A stretch of 64,000 nt of DNA from Bispira polyomma (taxonomy: Eukaryota), in the NCBI GenBank assembly GCA_965649765.1, contig OZ287754.1, forward strand, positions 11,966,001-12,030,000, given 5' to 3'. Positions 12,801 through 27,400 of this stretch are shown here, in pieces; position 1 is the stretch's first letter; every line of letters starts with the position of its first letter. The notes below the pieces were generated by a model that was given only the letters and a program-made list of their open reading frames with translations, searched no databases and had not been told where the DNA came from. A program made the position numbers and the translations under genes.

Positions 12801-15800
12801 GCACATGGATAAATGCTATGGGAATATGAACACCTTATTAACAGATTAAGCATAGATTTGGATGACTGAGCTATTAAAATAGATATTGCTGCAAATCTAT
12901 TTTAAGTGAAGAAAGTTATTTATCAAAGCAAATGGTATATAGAAGTAAATGATGATTCAAATAGTTTACTTATTAAGACATCTTAACTGAATAGTTACTT
13001 AAACCAAACAGGTGTATTTTTAACCAAATAATGGGGGCTGTGTCTGAGTGTCTGTCTTTAAAAATAATTTGTACCAATCTGATAACTTATAGAGCATGTG
13101 AATAGGCTAAAAATAATGCCAATATGACAAGGAAACTATGTAATGTTGAAAGCTGGTCTTTACATTACTACTCTGTTCCCCCTATTATTCTTGTATATGT
13201 GTTTATCATTAGTGTGTGGTGTATTATACTTCGAAATACTTGCTCTGTTCTCGCTTTGATTCTCTTTCCGGTTTTCTATGGTTGTTTAACTTTCTAAAAT
13301 CAAATAACCAGATACAAACAGTTAATTAAGAGGAAGTGCCATTAAGTTTAGTATTGTTTAGTCATCAACACAAATATGAAAAACTCTTGTGTGAGGTTAT
13401 TTTAGATGTACGTCAAGTGCTGTGAATTTATCGCAATTAAATCTCAATTGATTGTGCATATAAATATAAAGCAATGGTTGACAAATTTAGGGCAAGGTGC
13501 CCAAAAAACACATATTTTTAATCACTTTCTTTCATTATAATACTTTTTCTTGATCAGTGTATGTTTGCATAATAATGATATTTTATAGTATTGAATTTAA
13601 TAGGTTGTATTATATAGATGTTTGTTGTCTGACATTTGAGGCATGCTATTTTTACCCTAACTGGTAATGTTGTTGCTTGAGAACTTACTACTGAATGTGG
13701 AAAACAGATCTGTTTAAATGAAAGATTAAATATTAAAAGCTCAACCGTATACATAATATGTTTATACAAACTGACAGGTATCTAGGGTTTACTGTGGGTA
13801 CTATTATAATATTTTGCAGTATTAACTAGTCCATTAAAACACTTTACCATGGAGGAGCTGAATACATTCAAACCAAATTTTGATTTTGTGTTGTTGTGTC
13901 CGTGTATACACTGCTAAAATATGACATGGCAATATCAAAAAGTTTCTTTTTTGTTAATCATACAATCAGATGACTTAATTATTAAACTAGCCTACTGTAA
14001 ATATATTTTAATTTTCATAAAATATTTGTTGAGACCAATTCGATGATATGTTAAAGTAAATGACGATTTTATTTTAGCTAAAGATTTAATGTGGAGCAAC
14101 AATGCACCCATGTAAGCAATGTTTTTTGTAACGTTTCATAATTATGAATTTATAACGTCCTCATGTGCTGTTAGTTTTTAATATTAATGTAGAAGTAAAG
14201 TCCCAGGTCTAATTTTTACGTTATTAAATGTCATAAAGATTGGTGTAATTTCTATGGGTACTGAAATATATCATTTAAACAATGGTATTTTATTAAGTAA
14301 CAAATTTTTACTCTCTCTTAAAATGTTTTAGAAAATTACTCATACACTTATTTGTTATCTATGTATGATGTACTATTTTAACAATTATTTTAATATTTTT
14401 GTGATGTCATTGGTCACAATATGTATTGACATTGTTGTTGTAGTAACGTGTAAAAGGTATGGTATAGCATGTAAAGATAATATTAAATATCATTATTTGG
14501 CATTCTTGTGTTCCTTTTGGCTTAGGAAAGGGAGGACCTGATTTCAATATTTTGTGAAACTGTTAATATCTAAGCACTCCTTACGAGAAAACACTTATTG
14601 TATGCAGGGACAGTATTAAGTTACTAAAACACAATAGCAGCATATCTTAAAAACACTAGGCAAAATTAATGGAACAATGTGAAAAGTACAATATTTTACT
14701 AAAACATGCTAAATATCCTAAATGTGGAAATGGAATACATATTTTGCACATGTTATTTACCCATTTTACTATTTTGTATTTTGCATGTATATTTTAAAGA
14801 GTGTGCCTATTTAAATGTGGTTGCTGCTAAAATATAATATGTTGTACAGCCCTGTGTATCTCTAGACAACAATTATTATTTGGAGGATTAATTTGTTAAT
14901 TATACTTACGTTCTCGTATATATGTGCAAATAAGTCAAAAACAAAATCGAAGGTAGTAAGTCGATTCAAAATTATATACCAACATGTATACACTCATTAT
15001 TGTAAAAAGTACATTCCCATTATATTTGTATTAGATAAAACAGATTTCGTCTATTTGATAATTTAATTAAATGTCTCTACTGTATTGAGTATGATCTTAG
15101 TACAATGCACTTTTAGATCCATTACCATTATTATCCATATGTTAGTATATCCTAAATTATTAATTTATACTTATGACACAAAACACATACAAAATTTGCA
15201 AATGAACCCAATGTCGACAGAGGCAAGAAAAGATTGAGGAAGATAGTTTATTTACAAAATTGTCCAAACTACTGCTTATATACATATCTTGTTACTATCT
15301 AATTGTACTCGTAAGGTCATAGCTCTCTGTTTAAATTGTAAATTGTGTTTTTATTTTTTTTAAATTTCTGTATCAAGTTTTATGTATATGAGAATTAAAA
15401 TTATTATTATTAATAAAGTGATATAGGTCTCCATGTGATAATTAAACCTAATGACGTAATCCTCAGTAAATTTGTTTGTTTATCTAATCCATCACAGGTA
15501 TCTGTATGTATGATAACTTCACAATCATTGGTTGATCAAAAAATGCCAAATATCATAATGTCAGACATGGAAACAAATACATGAATATAATGTTTTATTC
15601 AGTTCACTAGTGAAGTATTAAGGTCAAGGCCAAAGTTAAGTTGTAGAGCTACATAGTTGAATGAAGTTTGCAAGTGTGAACAAGGGAATAAAACTAGGTT
15701 TGAGGTTTTATTACTGTACATATTAGTAAAATATATAATGTTATCAATAAATGTAGTATAATAGGATTTTAAAATATCCAGATTTTAAAAACACCCAAAC

Positions 15801-16559
15801 CCAAAGTGAAAACATGCAGGTGAGTAAATACCATATTGTTCATCAAGAGACCAAAGTCGCAGCAAATAATGAAATTTCAGATTCTTCTCTGATATAGAAC
15901 CTTGTCAAGCCTAAGTTGTGTTTGAATGCTTGTCTAAATTTCAAAGAGCCAGAAATATTCAAATTTTATATTTTTTCTTGATATTCAAACATGGTCTAGT
16001 TTATGGTGTGGTTTTATGTGTCATGAAGTTTCGAAAAGCTAGTATATTCCTAACTTTCAAAAAACAGTTGGGTTTGTCCTCCATCCAGTGTCCATCCAGA
16101 GACTAATTCCAAATTTATGATGTGGTTCAATGCTTTTTTGAAATTTCGGAAAGATAAAATATTTCTAATGTTTAGAAAATTAAGTGTGTTACGGATAGAT
16201 GAATGGATGAAGCAAAAGCATGATGTCACACAACCACCCACTACACCCCCAAATAAATTTGGGCTGGGGCTTAATTACCTGAATAAAGTCATTATGATTT
16301 TCTGTAGAATGTATAAATCACCCAAAGCCCAAGCAATGCAGGTTAACGTTTATGTAGGGAAAAGTGGAATGAAAGTGCCACTTCTTGACCAACTTGTTGG
16401 TGTGGAATCAAGTACGACCACACCATATTTTCAAATAATTTGGTTTTTGGTAAAACCAAACAAAAGAAACTGAGCCGATTGGCTGATGAATGATTAGCCA
16501 GACCAGTGATGGAGACTCCATTTTGTATCAGAAAGAAAACAAGATGGCAACTGTTTTAA

Positions 16560-17200
16560 TAATAATAATATTTCTATAGCGCCAGCATTCAGACAAATGT
16601 CTGTTCAAAAGTGCTTTGCAAACGGCAACAATTTACTTTAAGAAACATACTCTTACCACATATTTGTCAAGAAAGAAAATACTGGCGCTAGGTCTGGCTA
16701 CAGGCTTTTATAAATAAATAAGTCTTTAATTTTGATTGAAAACTATCAACAGAAAGTAAGGTCTTGATGGCTTTAGGAAGAGAGTTTCATAGTGTTGGGA
16801 CAGCTCCTGAAAATGCACAACCCCCAAATGTTTTGCATTTTAACTTTGGAATTATAAGTTGAAGCTTTATACTGGTGCAGGTTATCTGAGGGCTTTAAAA
16901 GTCAGCGGAAGTATTTTTTAAAATTTAATCCATTAGCATATTGATAACCAATGAAGCTCCTGAAGAATTGGAATCACATTATCTTGCGGTTTAATGTTAT
17001 GATCTTTACTCCACCATTCTGAACACATTTTAATCGACTGCTTTGGAAGTTGGGAAGACAATAAAGAAGTTCTGTTATGCAGATGATACTATGATATTTT
17101 ACAAATGTTATCCATATGTTATCAATATGCTTTACATATGACATGTTTGAATCCAAGAATACACCTATGTTGTTACCTGAGAGGTGGGATAACAATTTTG
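16560..17200 (-). mobile_element. L2/CR1-clade LINE 3' fragment, predating the duplication
   Basis: GGCGCTATAGAAAT(ATT)n tail and degraded ORF2 C-terminus. A paralogous copy lies at ~50260-50950. Confidence 0.65.
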
Positions 17201-18469
17201 GGCAAAATGCCCCTTGTAACAATTTCATTTAACATACTATCATTTGCTTTGGAATTGCTCCATCTGGACAACAAATCCGACACACCATAGTCAATCCATA
17301 TCACATGAATGGACTAATAGCAGTCTCTGTGTTGCTGTAGTAAAGTGGCAATTACTACTTACTGTAATTACTATGCATATTGACACCAGGTATGCTATTA
17401 ACATTCATAGAGTACTAACAAAATAGAAAGTACATGAGCATAAGAAAACATAATATGTATGGATAGATTATTGTTTCAAAGTACATACAAGAGTGCATAA
17501 TGCACTAAATGAGTGCCAAACATTTACAAGCAACAATGTCCTAATGCAACTATTAAACTTGTATACCTGTATATAGCAAATATATTGACTAATTTTTAAA
17601 ATAAACAACGCCCCCCTCCCTCCCTTGAAGGTAGATGTGTATAGTAGTGGCAGACCAGTTCACACCCGGGTGCCAATCGAGGTCCACAAAGATTGAAGAT
17701 TAGGAACCCTTAGCAATGATAGAAATGAATTTCTTCCAATCAACCTTATTATAATAGCAACTAAACATTATATTTTCTTATTTGCTATAAACAAAGAAAT
17801 GTTAAACTTTCATATCCTAAAAGGAAACTTGAACATATTTACTAAAATGAATATTATGTATATAAAGAAAAATGAAGGGAAGACACATTTAAAATTTGGA
17901 CTATTGCGGTATGTATTCATTTTTTTTTCTTTATTTTCTTTATGTACTCAAGCATGCATGTACAAACAATTATATATTTCAATCTCTGTACTTGTTATTA
18001 TGTTATACATTATATGCTGCGAAATTGGAGAATTAAAAAAAATGAAATAGTGAACATATATTTGGTGGAATATCTATTTCTGACGACCTTTGGTAAAGCA
18101 ATTATAATAATATCCTGATATCGCATGATAATTGTTTGTGCTTATATTATTATTAGTTATCTTAGTGTTACCCAGGTGTGAACTGGTCTGCTACCACAGG
18201 GCCTAACTACAATCTCTTGGCATACCCTATTTATATATACTTGGTCTTTTTATAAATAAAAACCACACTCAAATGACATGTAATATGTTTGGAACAAATA
18301 AGGGTGTTTAAAGTAGCATGTTTTCAATCAGTAAATTAGCCAAGTATTTATACAATAATACTTTGTTTTCTCTACTTTTCTCTCTTTCAACAATGGTTCA
18401 TAATTGTGTGTCTCACAAATTAAATTGTACAGTCTCTTTCCCATACATTTCCCACAAGTTTATAAAATT

Positions 18470-19511
18470 ACAATGTTTTTTGCGCACACTTTTGCATAAG
18501 AACTAACTTCACTAACTTGCACATGTCCAGTGACGATGGATTTGTGTACAGGTGGCTGGTGCTGGCTACGGCGCTCCCAGATGTTAATATTGATGTTGTG
18601 GTGTGTGACAACTGGACTGTTGAGGCACTCCCAGGGGATGCTACCAGCAAGGAAGACCCCATCCCTGTTTTAGTTAGTGATTCTCCTGGAGCCACTGACA
18701 AAAAGGCGGATGCGATGGGTCTAAAGCCAGCTGTTCTTGAGACATGTCGTATGATGTGAGGTTTCAAAAGTCAAAGGTGTTCTTGACACAGTGCTGCGTT
18801 TCTGTTAACTCAGGTGGTGCCCGGCCAGACTTTCTGATGCCCAGGTAGTCCTTTGTGATTTTTCCATGTCAAATCCCTTGCCTAAACAGAACTCAAGCCC
18901 CAACATGTCTTTAGCCTGGCTTTCTCTTGTTGTATAGCCATTCATAGTCCTGCAAAAAGTCCACCAGTGCCTCCTCCACTGTGTCACTGAACATGACCAT
19001 ACGCATCTTCCCCTTCTTCTGTGTCCTCAAAATGGAAGCCACCTCTCTATCCCCAGCTGTGTCAGTCTCATCCTCCACACAATGGTCCTGGGTTCCCCCT
19101 TCCTCAATCACTGGGGTTTGTGAACTCTGAGAAAGCTATGTTTCTGGGATGACAAGGGGCATTCCCACATCAAATTGTCGGTTCTTCTCATCCTGTGCCT
19201 CCACATGCTCCTCCATCTTCATCTTTGTGATGGAAAGATAAATCGGGATGAAATTTTAAACGATTTAGGGGAAGATTGAAAAGAAAGGTCGTTAGAAGGT
19301 AAAGATAAGTCGGAAGTAGGTTATGATAGACCCCAATTGGCCCAGATTGATTGGCTGTGCCACCCATATTCGCCCCTACCTGCACAGGTTTTCAAAAATG
19401 TTTGAAAACCTCTGTGACCTCCGGGATTAGAACCCCTGACTTCCCCATTAATTGCCCCGATCTTATAATCATAACGATTAGGGGATATGATCCACATAGT
19501 GGAAAAGAGGT
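18470..19511 (-). mobile_element. Degenerate PIF/Harbinger remnant carrying a Myb/SANT (MADF-like) accessory ORF
   Basis: Fragments EEALVDFLQDYEWLYNK, KSGRAPPELTE and F-LKPHIIRH. CG-rich subterminal region and a CCTCTTTTCCACTA-type end near 19511. Confidence 0.55.
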
Positions 19512-20449
19512 ATTACTTTCATAGCCCCTTAAAATCAAAGATCATCCTTGATTATTCTTAAAATTATCATACGTAAACCAATGCCCAATACTTCATTCAT
19601 CAGTATTTTGAACTGTTCAAAACTCCTGTGGAAATCCCATAGATAGGCTTCCATAAATATCTGTAACATCCTTCGAAGGTTATCAGTGGTAATTAGAAGT
19701 AAATCAATACATCCTGTAGACAAAACTTTGCCCTCCATGACACTATCCACGGTACTGTCTCGGTTCTCTCCAGGTTTTCTCAAGTTGTTACTTCAGGCAG
19801 CACAAGGTCTATCTATGTTTCTGTAAGCGATACCCCAGAGTAAGTTTATTGGTAGAGTACCACGTCTGACCTATGTGTATTGGCAGATGTCTCATAGGTG
19901 GCTTCGTTTGTCTTTGGATAGCCACAGGGACACGATAACTCGAAGGTGAAAAGATGTCGCATAGGTGACTTCGTTTGACTTTGGATAGCCACAGCGTCAA
20001 TTATTTATCAAGTTAGAATGCGGATGGTTTTACAGTATCTATGTTTTGTTTGTGTTTCAGTGTGGTTGTGGGTGGCTGCGGATAGATGCGGGGGGTGCCA
20101 CATTGCAATAACTTTTTTTTAACTTCAAATTTCAATTAAACAATAAATAAGACACAGAGAACTGCAGAGGGGTGCCATGGCACATTCTGAGTAAGATGCA
20201 CCTGTTACACAGCCTGAGAAGATAAACCTTTCACCTAGCCTAAAAATACAAATTTCAAGGTACAAAACCGTACCACTATTCTAGCAGCACTTATGAAAAC
20301 ACTGGATACCAGCCATGCCAACTATTTTAGCAGTGGAAGAAGAAGTAAAACAATCCTATACAGTGGACAAAGCTGAGCTTTTCATAGTACATTGTCACTC
20401 TATTGACTAAAGTCTAATCAAATGACATCTACAAAATAATGAATTTCAG

Positions 20450-23260
20450 AGATATTTTTTTTCAGATGATGGAATCGTTTTATACAATAAAGAATCATTG
20501 ATAAACAAATTGGAGATAATATTAAAATATGCACATGTAATTGCAAACACAAAGATTCGTGTAAAAATGATGTAAAACATGTTGTCTGTGTTGTTTATGA
20601 TTGTTAATGGAACATATATGAATCTGTTGAGAAGAGTGTCAATCGTGTCAAAAAACATGTGTAATTGTCTACAAGAAAACAAAGATAAGAAAATAATATG
20701 GCCCAGCAACCATGCAAATAAGACGTACATGACAGTTTGTACATAATCCATAGTTATAAGCGTAATCTTCACTATGTTAGATTTATAAAGATTAATGCCA
20801 ATATGTACCACATGAATCAATTATTAATTGATAGACTTTGAAAGACATACTCAATTATATCCATGCTTTTGTACTGGGAAACCTTATACAAGGAATAAAA
20901 CACAAAAATAGCTACAAAAAGTCATAATTTTGTTTAACTTTGGGGAAAGCCCCTTCCTTGTGTATATAATATTTGATTGGCTGAAGTAATTCCTAAAAAT
21001 ATCCTTTGATACAGCTATAAATACACTAGAGTCCCAAACAACCAACATAGCAACGTCTAAATGCAATCAGAGACAGGAGGATATAACACACTAACATATA
21101 CCATTGAGGAAATTAAGAGGAAAACAGGCGTAATTGCTTCAGTTAGTTATTATTTACTGAAAATCTGTGTTCGTCTAAATGGAATACTGAAACAATGTTT
21201 GAAACAACGCTTATAGCTCTAATATTAGGTAAGACTCACTTTCTAATTTATGAAATAGTTTTTCTGTTAGAACTTATTAATTTTTATAACAGAATCTGTT
21301 ATTACGACCAATGGATTACCGATACATGTAAAGGGAAAAAACACCACAGAGAAAGAATGTCTTTAGATAATATAGTGTGTGGTGTATATATTTATTATTG
21401 CTTGCCATATTTTATAAAATCATTAAGCCTCTATACTGTCTCAAAAATATGCTTATCTTTGGCAAAATATAAATTAATAAATCATTATTCATAGAAATTG
21501 AAATGCAATTTTACAGGACTTTTGACTTTGAAGATAGTCAGAAACACAATAGTAATAAAGTATCATTGTAGTATCCCCTTGATGTTTTTACTGCTGGTCA
21601 CATATAAAATCAGCTTTATTAGAGAAAGAAAAATTATTTTGTATAACTACTAGACAAAATCCCTGTTATTATATCAATTATGTTATAAACAAAAGTTCAT
21701 GAAGCATATTATTCTTTCCATAAATCTTGTTCTGATATAGCAATAGTATAACTATGTGGGTCTATGTATATTTTAATGTGTAAAAAGCACTTTTTGTTTC
21801 AAAAAACTATCTTTGATGCATTGACTATTTGGCGAAATCGCCAATTATTCGATTAATCTAGATATTACTGATACAAATATATTGTCTGAAAAGATATCCA
21901 CTTTATTGTTGGAGGAAATCAATGTAGTTGGTCAGGGTTTTATGTCCTGCAAACCAACAACATTCAGCAAGTCTGCTACCAGCTTTCTGAATTTCTAACT
22001 TATTTGAACTCTTTTGATCCCATGAGAAAACTAGGACTTGGAACTGAAAAACAATTTTCTCAAGTAATAGGTTACAGAGAGATAGGATCACTAAAACACA
22101 CACCACAGACTACTTCCAAGATTTAATAACAGCTTCATGGGAAGGTCTGCTCTACTAAAGAAAATTAACATAATGTACACTGATACAGATTCTGGGAGAT
22201 TCTGGGAGTAACAAATATTGTTGAGTGCTAGCCGACAAAACATTAGGTCAAAAAGGTTAAAAGTTGTAACCCTAAGTGTGACAGGATCAGCGACGGTAGG
22301 GAATATTTGAAAAAGCAAATTATCGATTTAATTTATTATATATATATATTTAAATTTTGTTAGATTTTGAAACTTCAATCAATAAACAAAAGCTCTAACT
22401 CAATGGAGCAAACATATCCTCAAACTGATTTTTGGGCCGTAATCTCAGAACAACTGGCTATTGCTATTGGAATCAGTCACAATCGACTGGTCCAAACTTT
22501 GAACTCTTCCAAAATCTTAGGGTACCCATCTTCACCATTCACAGCCCACTACCATGTAAAAAGTTAAATCATCACACTATCGACTTCATTAAGGTTAAAT
22601 ATTTGGAAAGCCCACTTCTACCCACTATTTTGTATGTGTTGTTTATCTCTAAGTAATCTTTATTTTTATGTGTTTTTATTGTCAAAGGGACCTTATCCCC
22701 CACTACAGTTTGGTACCGTCAGTATAAAATAACAAACTGTGGTACTAATAAAAATAAGGAATCCAACTCTCGTTTCCCCCTATAAATGGGATCAGATTTG
22801 ACTGTTTAATGTGTGACTTTCCCCCTTATCCGATGAATGAGATTTAAGTGACTTAAAAGTAGGTAGAAATAATCAATACATTATCGTTTAAAGGTCTTGA
22901 TGAACTTCAAACTTGAACTATGATTAATATTAACTATGGGCAGATTTTAATAGACCTGACTTCAGACCCATGAAAAAGAGATTTAAGTTTAGGTTTATTG
23001 AGTGAACATTCGCCCTGTATATATAGATATGAAAAGTTGTTTACAAACTTCTTAGTGGATCAGAGCCAATCAATAGTTTTATTCATTAATACGTTGAAGA
23101 AAACTACCACAAGGAAGATCAGATATTGTCCAATGTAAATAAGGTTTAAGTCATAAATTAACCCTCAGACAAGAGTATAGCTACGATTATGTTACTTTTT
23201 TACATATTCGGGATCTTTAAATGATGTCATGTTTTCTTTTTTTTAATGATTTTATGAGGT
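20450..23260 (+). pseudogene. Truncated third paralog remnant: promoter, exon 1 (21195-21228, MFETTLIALIL) and part of intron 1
   Basis: Colinear similarity to ~23520-27240, including the promoter motifs, ATG exon, GTAAGA donor and shared intronic repeats. No downstream exons of its own. Confidence 0.65.
20942..21023 (+). promoter_or_regulatory. Core promoter A: kB site, inverted CCAAT, TATA
   Basis: GGGGAAAGCCCC at 20942-20953 (reverse strand GGGGCTTTCC fits GGGRNNYYCC); ATTGG at 20976-20980; TATAAATA at 21016-21023; ATG exon at 21195. Confidence 0.55.
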
Positions 23261-23999
23261 ACTCGCAATACAAACAGGAGTTGTCTTTTTAAAAAGACAT
23301 CGGCACACAGTGCGACTGACATCTCTCAGTTTATCCGGGTTCTAACTAATCCATGAAGGCTTTACATATTATTTACAACATGTCCTCGCCCGTTTCAGGC
23401 AGAATTCAATATCAGCTGTGCCTGATAAAGATTGCTAAATATGATATAAACATTAATGCTTATATACATGTACCAACTATCCATATTGCGGAAAGAGGTT
23501 GCCTTTTTTTCTTGGCGACATTTTACCAAAATATATAATTACAACACAAAGATTCATATAAAAGTTCTGTTAAAAGGGTATGTAGTGTGTGTTGTTTCTG
23601 ATTGACAATGTAAACTGTATCCATTGTATTTATGTAAATATGTTGACGAGAGCACATTGTGTCAAAAAATGTATGCAATCGCCTATAACAAAGTAATTTA
23701 TGTATATCTCTTCTTAAGTTTAGATTAGTAAAAAGCATTTGAATTTTCAATGCTTCTTTGTAACTGGTACATTTAGTTAACAGTTTCTGGATAATCCAAA
23801 GTTATAAGCTCAATCTTCACTATGTTACATTGTAGATTTATGAAGAATATTGCCGATTTAGACTACATACTTTAATCATATACTTGATGAATGTTTAACA
23901 ACTCACAGAAATAAATCAATGGGATTATACCAGGCTTTTTGACATTAATACAGGAAGGATAAAAATAACTATAAAAACTCATAATTACCTTTAAATTTG

Positions 24000-24081
24000 G
24001 GGAAACTCCTTTCTTTGTGTATGTAGTGTTTGATTGGCCAAAGTAATTCCCCAAAATATACTTTTATTGTAGCTATAAATA
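24000..24081 (+). promoter_or_regulatory. Core promoter B: kB site, inverted CCAAT, second kB-like site, TATA
   Basis: GGGAAACTCC at 24000-24009; ATTGG at 24033-24037; GTAATTCCCC at 24043-24052; TATAAA at 24074-24079. Spacing is nearly the same as in promoter A. Confidence 0.55.
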
Positions 24082-24082
24082 G

Positions 24083-24429
24083 ACAAAATACATCCAAACT
24101 ACCAACATAACGACTTCTAAATTCAACGAGAGACAGCAAGATAAAACATAGTGACATATACAATTGAGGAAATTTAGAGAAAACTTGTGTAATTGCTCTA
24201 ATTAGTTATAATTAACTTAACATCTGTGTTTGTTTAAATGGAATATTAAAACATACATACAAAATACATCCAAACTACCAACATAACGACTTCTAAATTC
24301 AACGAGAGACAGCAAGATAAAACATATTGACATATACAATTGAGGAAATTTAGAGAAAACTTGTGTAATTGCTCTAATTAGTTATAATTAACTTAACATC
24401 TGTGTTTGTTTAAATGGAATATTGAAACA
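24083..24429 (+). repeat. Near-identical 176-bp tandem duplication in the putative 5'UTR
   Basis: ACAAAATACATCCAAACTACC... starts at both 24083 and 24259. Promoter A has a single unit. Confidence 0.9.
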
Positions 24430-24463
24430 ATGTTTCGAACAACACTTGCGGCTTTAATATTAG
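24430..24463 (+). CDS. Probable first coding exon (signal-peptide start MFRTTLAALIL) of VWDE-like copy 2
   Basis: ATG, hydrophobic codons, then G|GTAAGA donor, downstream of CCAAT and TATA motifs. The same exon and donor are conserved at 21195-21228. Confidence 0.6.
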
Positions 24464-27400
24464 GTAAGACTCACTTTGTAATTAATAAAATTGTTTTACT
24501 GTTAAATAATTGTTGGAACAGAATCTGTTATTAAGACCAATGGATCGCCGATATGTGTAAAGGGAAAACACTACAGATAAAGAATGTCTTTAGATAATAG
24601 ATTGCAAGTGATTCACATATTTATTATTGCTTGCCATATTCTATAAAATCATTAAGCATCTATTGTCTTTAAAAAAGGTTCATGTTTGTCAAAAACAAAA
24701 AAAAAATATCTTTATTTATAGAAATTAAAATGTAAGTTTAAGTACTAAGGACTTTCGAGTCAAAGATAGACACAAACAGAATAGTAATAAAGTATCATTG
24801 TATTACTCCGTTCTTGTTTAACCGTTGGTCACACATAAAACTAGCTTTTTCTAGAAAAAAACTTTAATATCTGATAGAGTATTCAAAATCCTTGTTATCA
24901 TATCTATTATGTTACATTCATTTTTTTTCATAAAGCATATTATTCTTTTCAGAAATCTTGATCAGATATAGCAATACAAAACTATGTGGGTCTATGTATA
25001 TTTTGAATGTCTAAAAAGTACTTTTTGTTTCAAAATCTATCTTTAATGCATTGATTATTTGGCAAAATCGCCATTTATTAGATTAATCTAGATTTTACTG
25101 ATACAAATATCTTGTCTGAAAAGATACCCACTTTATTGGTGGAGGAAATCAGTGTAATTGGTCAGTGTTTTTTGTACTACAAACAAACAACATTCAGTAA
25201 GTCTGCTGCCAACTTTCGCACATACACGCCATGCCAACCCATAATGGCAGAGGTAAAGGTTTTCCACTACACCACAACGGCACCCAGAAGTAACCTGGGA
25301 AACAACATTGAATTTCCAAGTGATTTGAACCCTTTCGACCACATGAGAAAACTATGGCCAGGAACTGAAGAACAAATATAAGAAATAGGTAACAGAGAGC
25401 TGGAATCACTGAAACACACCACAGACTACTTCCAGGGTTTAATAACAGCCTCACAGGGATGTCTGCTCTACAAACAATTTTCTAGTGGTTGGAACTAAAG
25501 GAAATTAACATAATATTTTTCGGATGTAGACTGCTTGCTGACAGACATAAATTTTGGGAGTAACTAATGCTGTCGACTGTGAGCTGACAACATAGGGGGT
25601 TAAAAGGGTTAAAAGTGGTAAACCTAATGCCGTGGGCACACTGGGCTTATCTTCGATTACGTACAAAAAAAGCTAACATAAGGTGAAACATAAGCATTTT
25701 CGTAATGAACATAGTGTACTTAAGCAAACGTATGCATGCGTCAGTTAGATGGTCCCTTAATAAGGAAAACGGCTATGAACGTCTTAAATTTCTTGCTGCT
25801 CAAAATATTTTATGTTTACGTTCATTTTCATAATGATTGAGGGTAATGGATTACACATATTCAATGCGTATATGACTTGAAGGAGGCAGTAAACTGTACT
25901 ATACATTCAAATAATATTCAAAATGAAGAAAACGAGATCGAAAGGTGTTTATAAACATGGTTAACGGCCTAAACATAATTGAAACAGCAATTAAAACTTG
26001 TTAAATGCATGTACAAACGTGTACAGATGTATACAGAACGTGTACAAAACATTGATTTTTTGCTGCGTTTCCCCGAATTTTCACTTCAAATTTTTTAAAC
26101 ATAACTGAAATGTGCTCAGTGTGACAGGCCTAGCTACTGTTGGGAATATTTAAAAAAGCAAACAATGGATTTTATTTATTTTTCATGTTATAGAATAATA
26201 TTATACTGATAAAAACCGATATTCAAAAACTTTGAAGGCCAAGACCTAGCAGTTGTATGTAAATATGAAATAAATATTGGGCACATTTTAAAGGGTCTTA
26301 CTACACTTAATGTGTTTCTTTAGATTTCAAACGTCAATGAACAAAAGCTCTTATTCTAATGAGTAAACATATCCTTAATGTGATTTTTGGGCAATAATCT
26401 CAAAAACCAGCTATCGCTATTGGAATCAGTCACAATCGACTAGTCCAAACCTTAAACTCTTCCAAAATTATGGGATACCCCTCTCCAACATTTACAGCCC
26501 ATTACCATGTATAGAGTTCAATCATCACACTATCTACTTTATTAGAGTTAAAAAATTGATAGCCCAGTTCTACCCACCCTTTTGTATGTGTAGTTTATCT
26601 CTTAATAATCTTTGTATTTGTGTGTTTTTATTGTATAAGGGGCCTTATCCCTACTACAGTTGTGTACATTCGGCATAAAATAACCTATAATACTAATAAA
26701 AATGAGCTATCCAACCCCTTGTTTCCCCTGATCAAAAGGATGAGATTTAATAGTTAAAAATCTCACTTTTCCCCTTATCCATTAAAAAAAATTTGAGTAA
26801 CTCAAATAACAACTCTCACTAACCATCACTCTGGCATATTTATAAAGTGCTGACATTAGAAACATTAACAAAAAAAAATATTTAAGGTTGAGGAAGTTTT
26901 TAGTGGATCAATCAGAGATCCAATCAATAGTTTTTTCTTAATACTTCGAAGAAAACTCTTGGTAGATTCACACCATGAGCATAGAAGAGAGATTTATGTA
27001 TGGGTTTATTTGGACTGGAATTATATGTGGACATAAACAGTTATTTACTAAGTGGATTACTTGGTGTATCAGAGCTAATCAGTAAAATTGAAAAGACACC
27101 CATCAGGAAGATAAGATATTGTCTATTATTATTATTAAGATTTTGAGGCATGAATTAAAGCCTCACACAGAAGTGTAGCTGGGATTATTTTACTTTTTTC
27201 TGTATTCCAGATCTTTAAACTATGTTAAGTTTCCTGTTACTCTTTAAAAATTTTGATGAGGCACATTATTGTATTGTTCGGAATTATATTGAGTTAATTT
27301 TTTTTTACATAAGAGATCATTTAATCACTTAATTAATGATATTTACATAACACAAAATATCCACCAAATTTAGTTTTATAAATTTTCTTATAGAAGAAAA

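Larger units (their letters stand above)
100..18230 (+). repeat. Segmental duplication unit 1 (paralogous to ~28030-60680)
   Basis: Exons, introns, 3' region and downstream flank are colinear. For example, 17940-18230 matches 59740-59945 plus 60605-60680. Confidence 0.9.

Noticed and set aside
25630-26120. ~490-bp insertion with GGGCACA/TGTGCTC ends as a classified DNA transposon
   Set aside because: The indel relative to the paralogous cassette is real, but the TIRs and TSD are too degenerate to classify.
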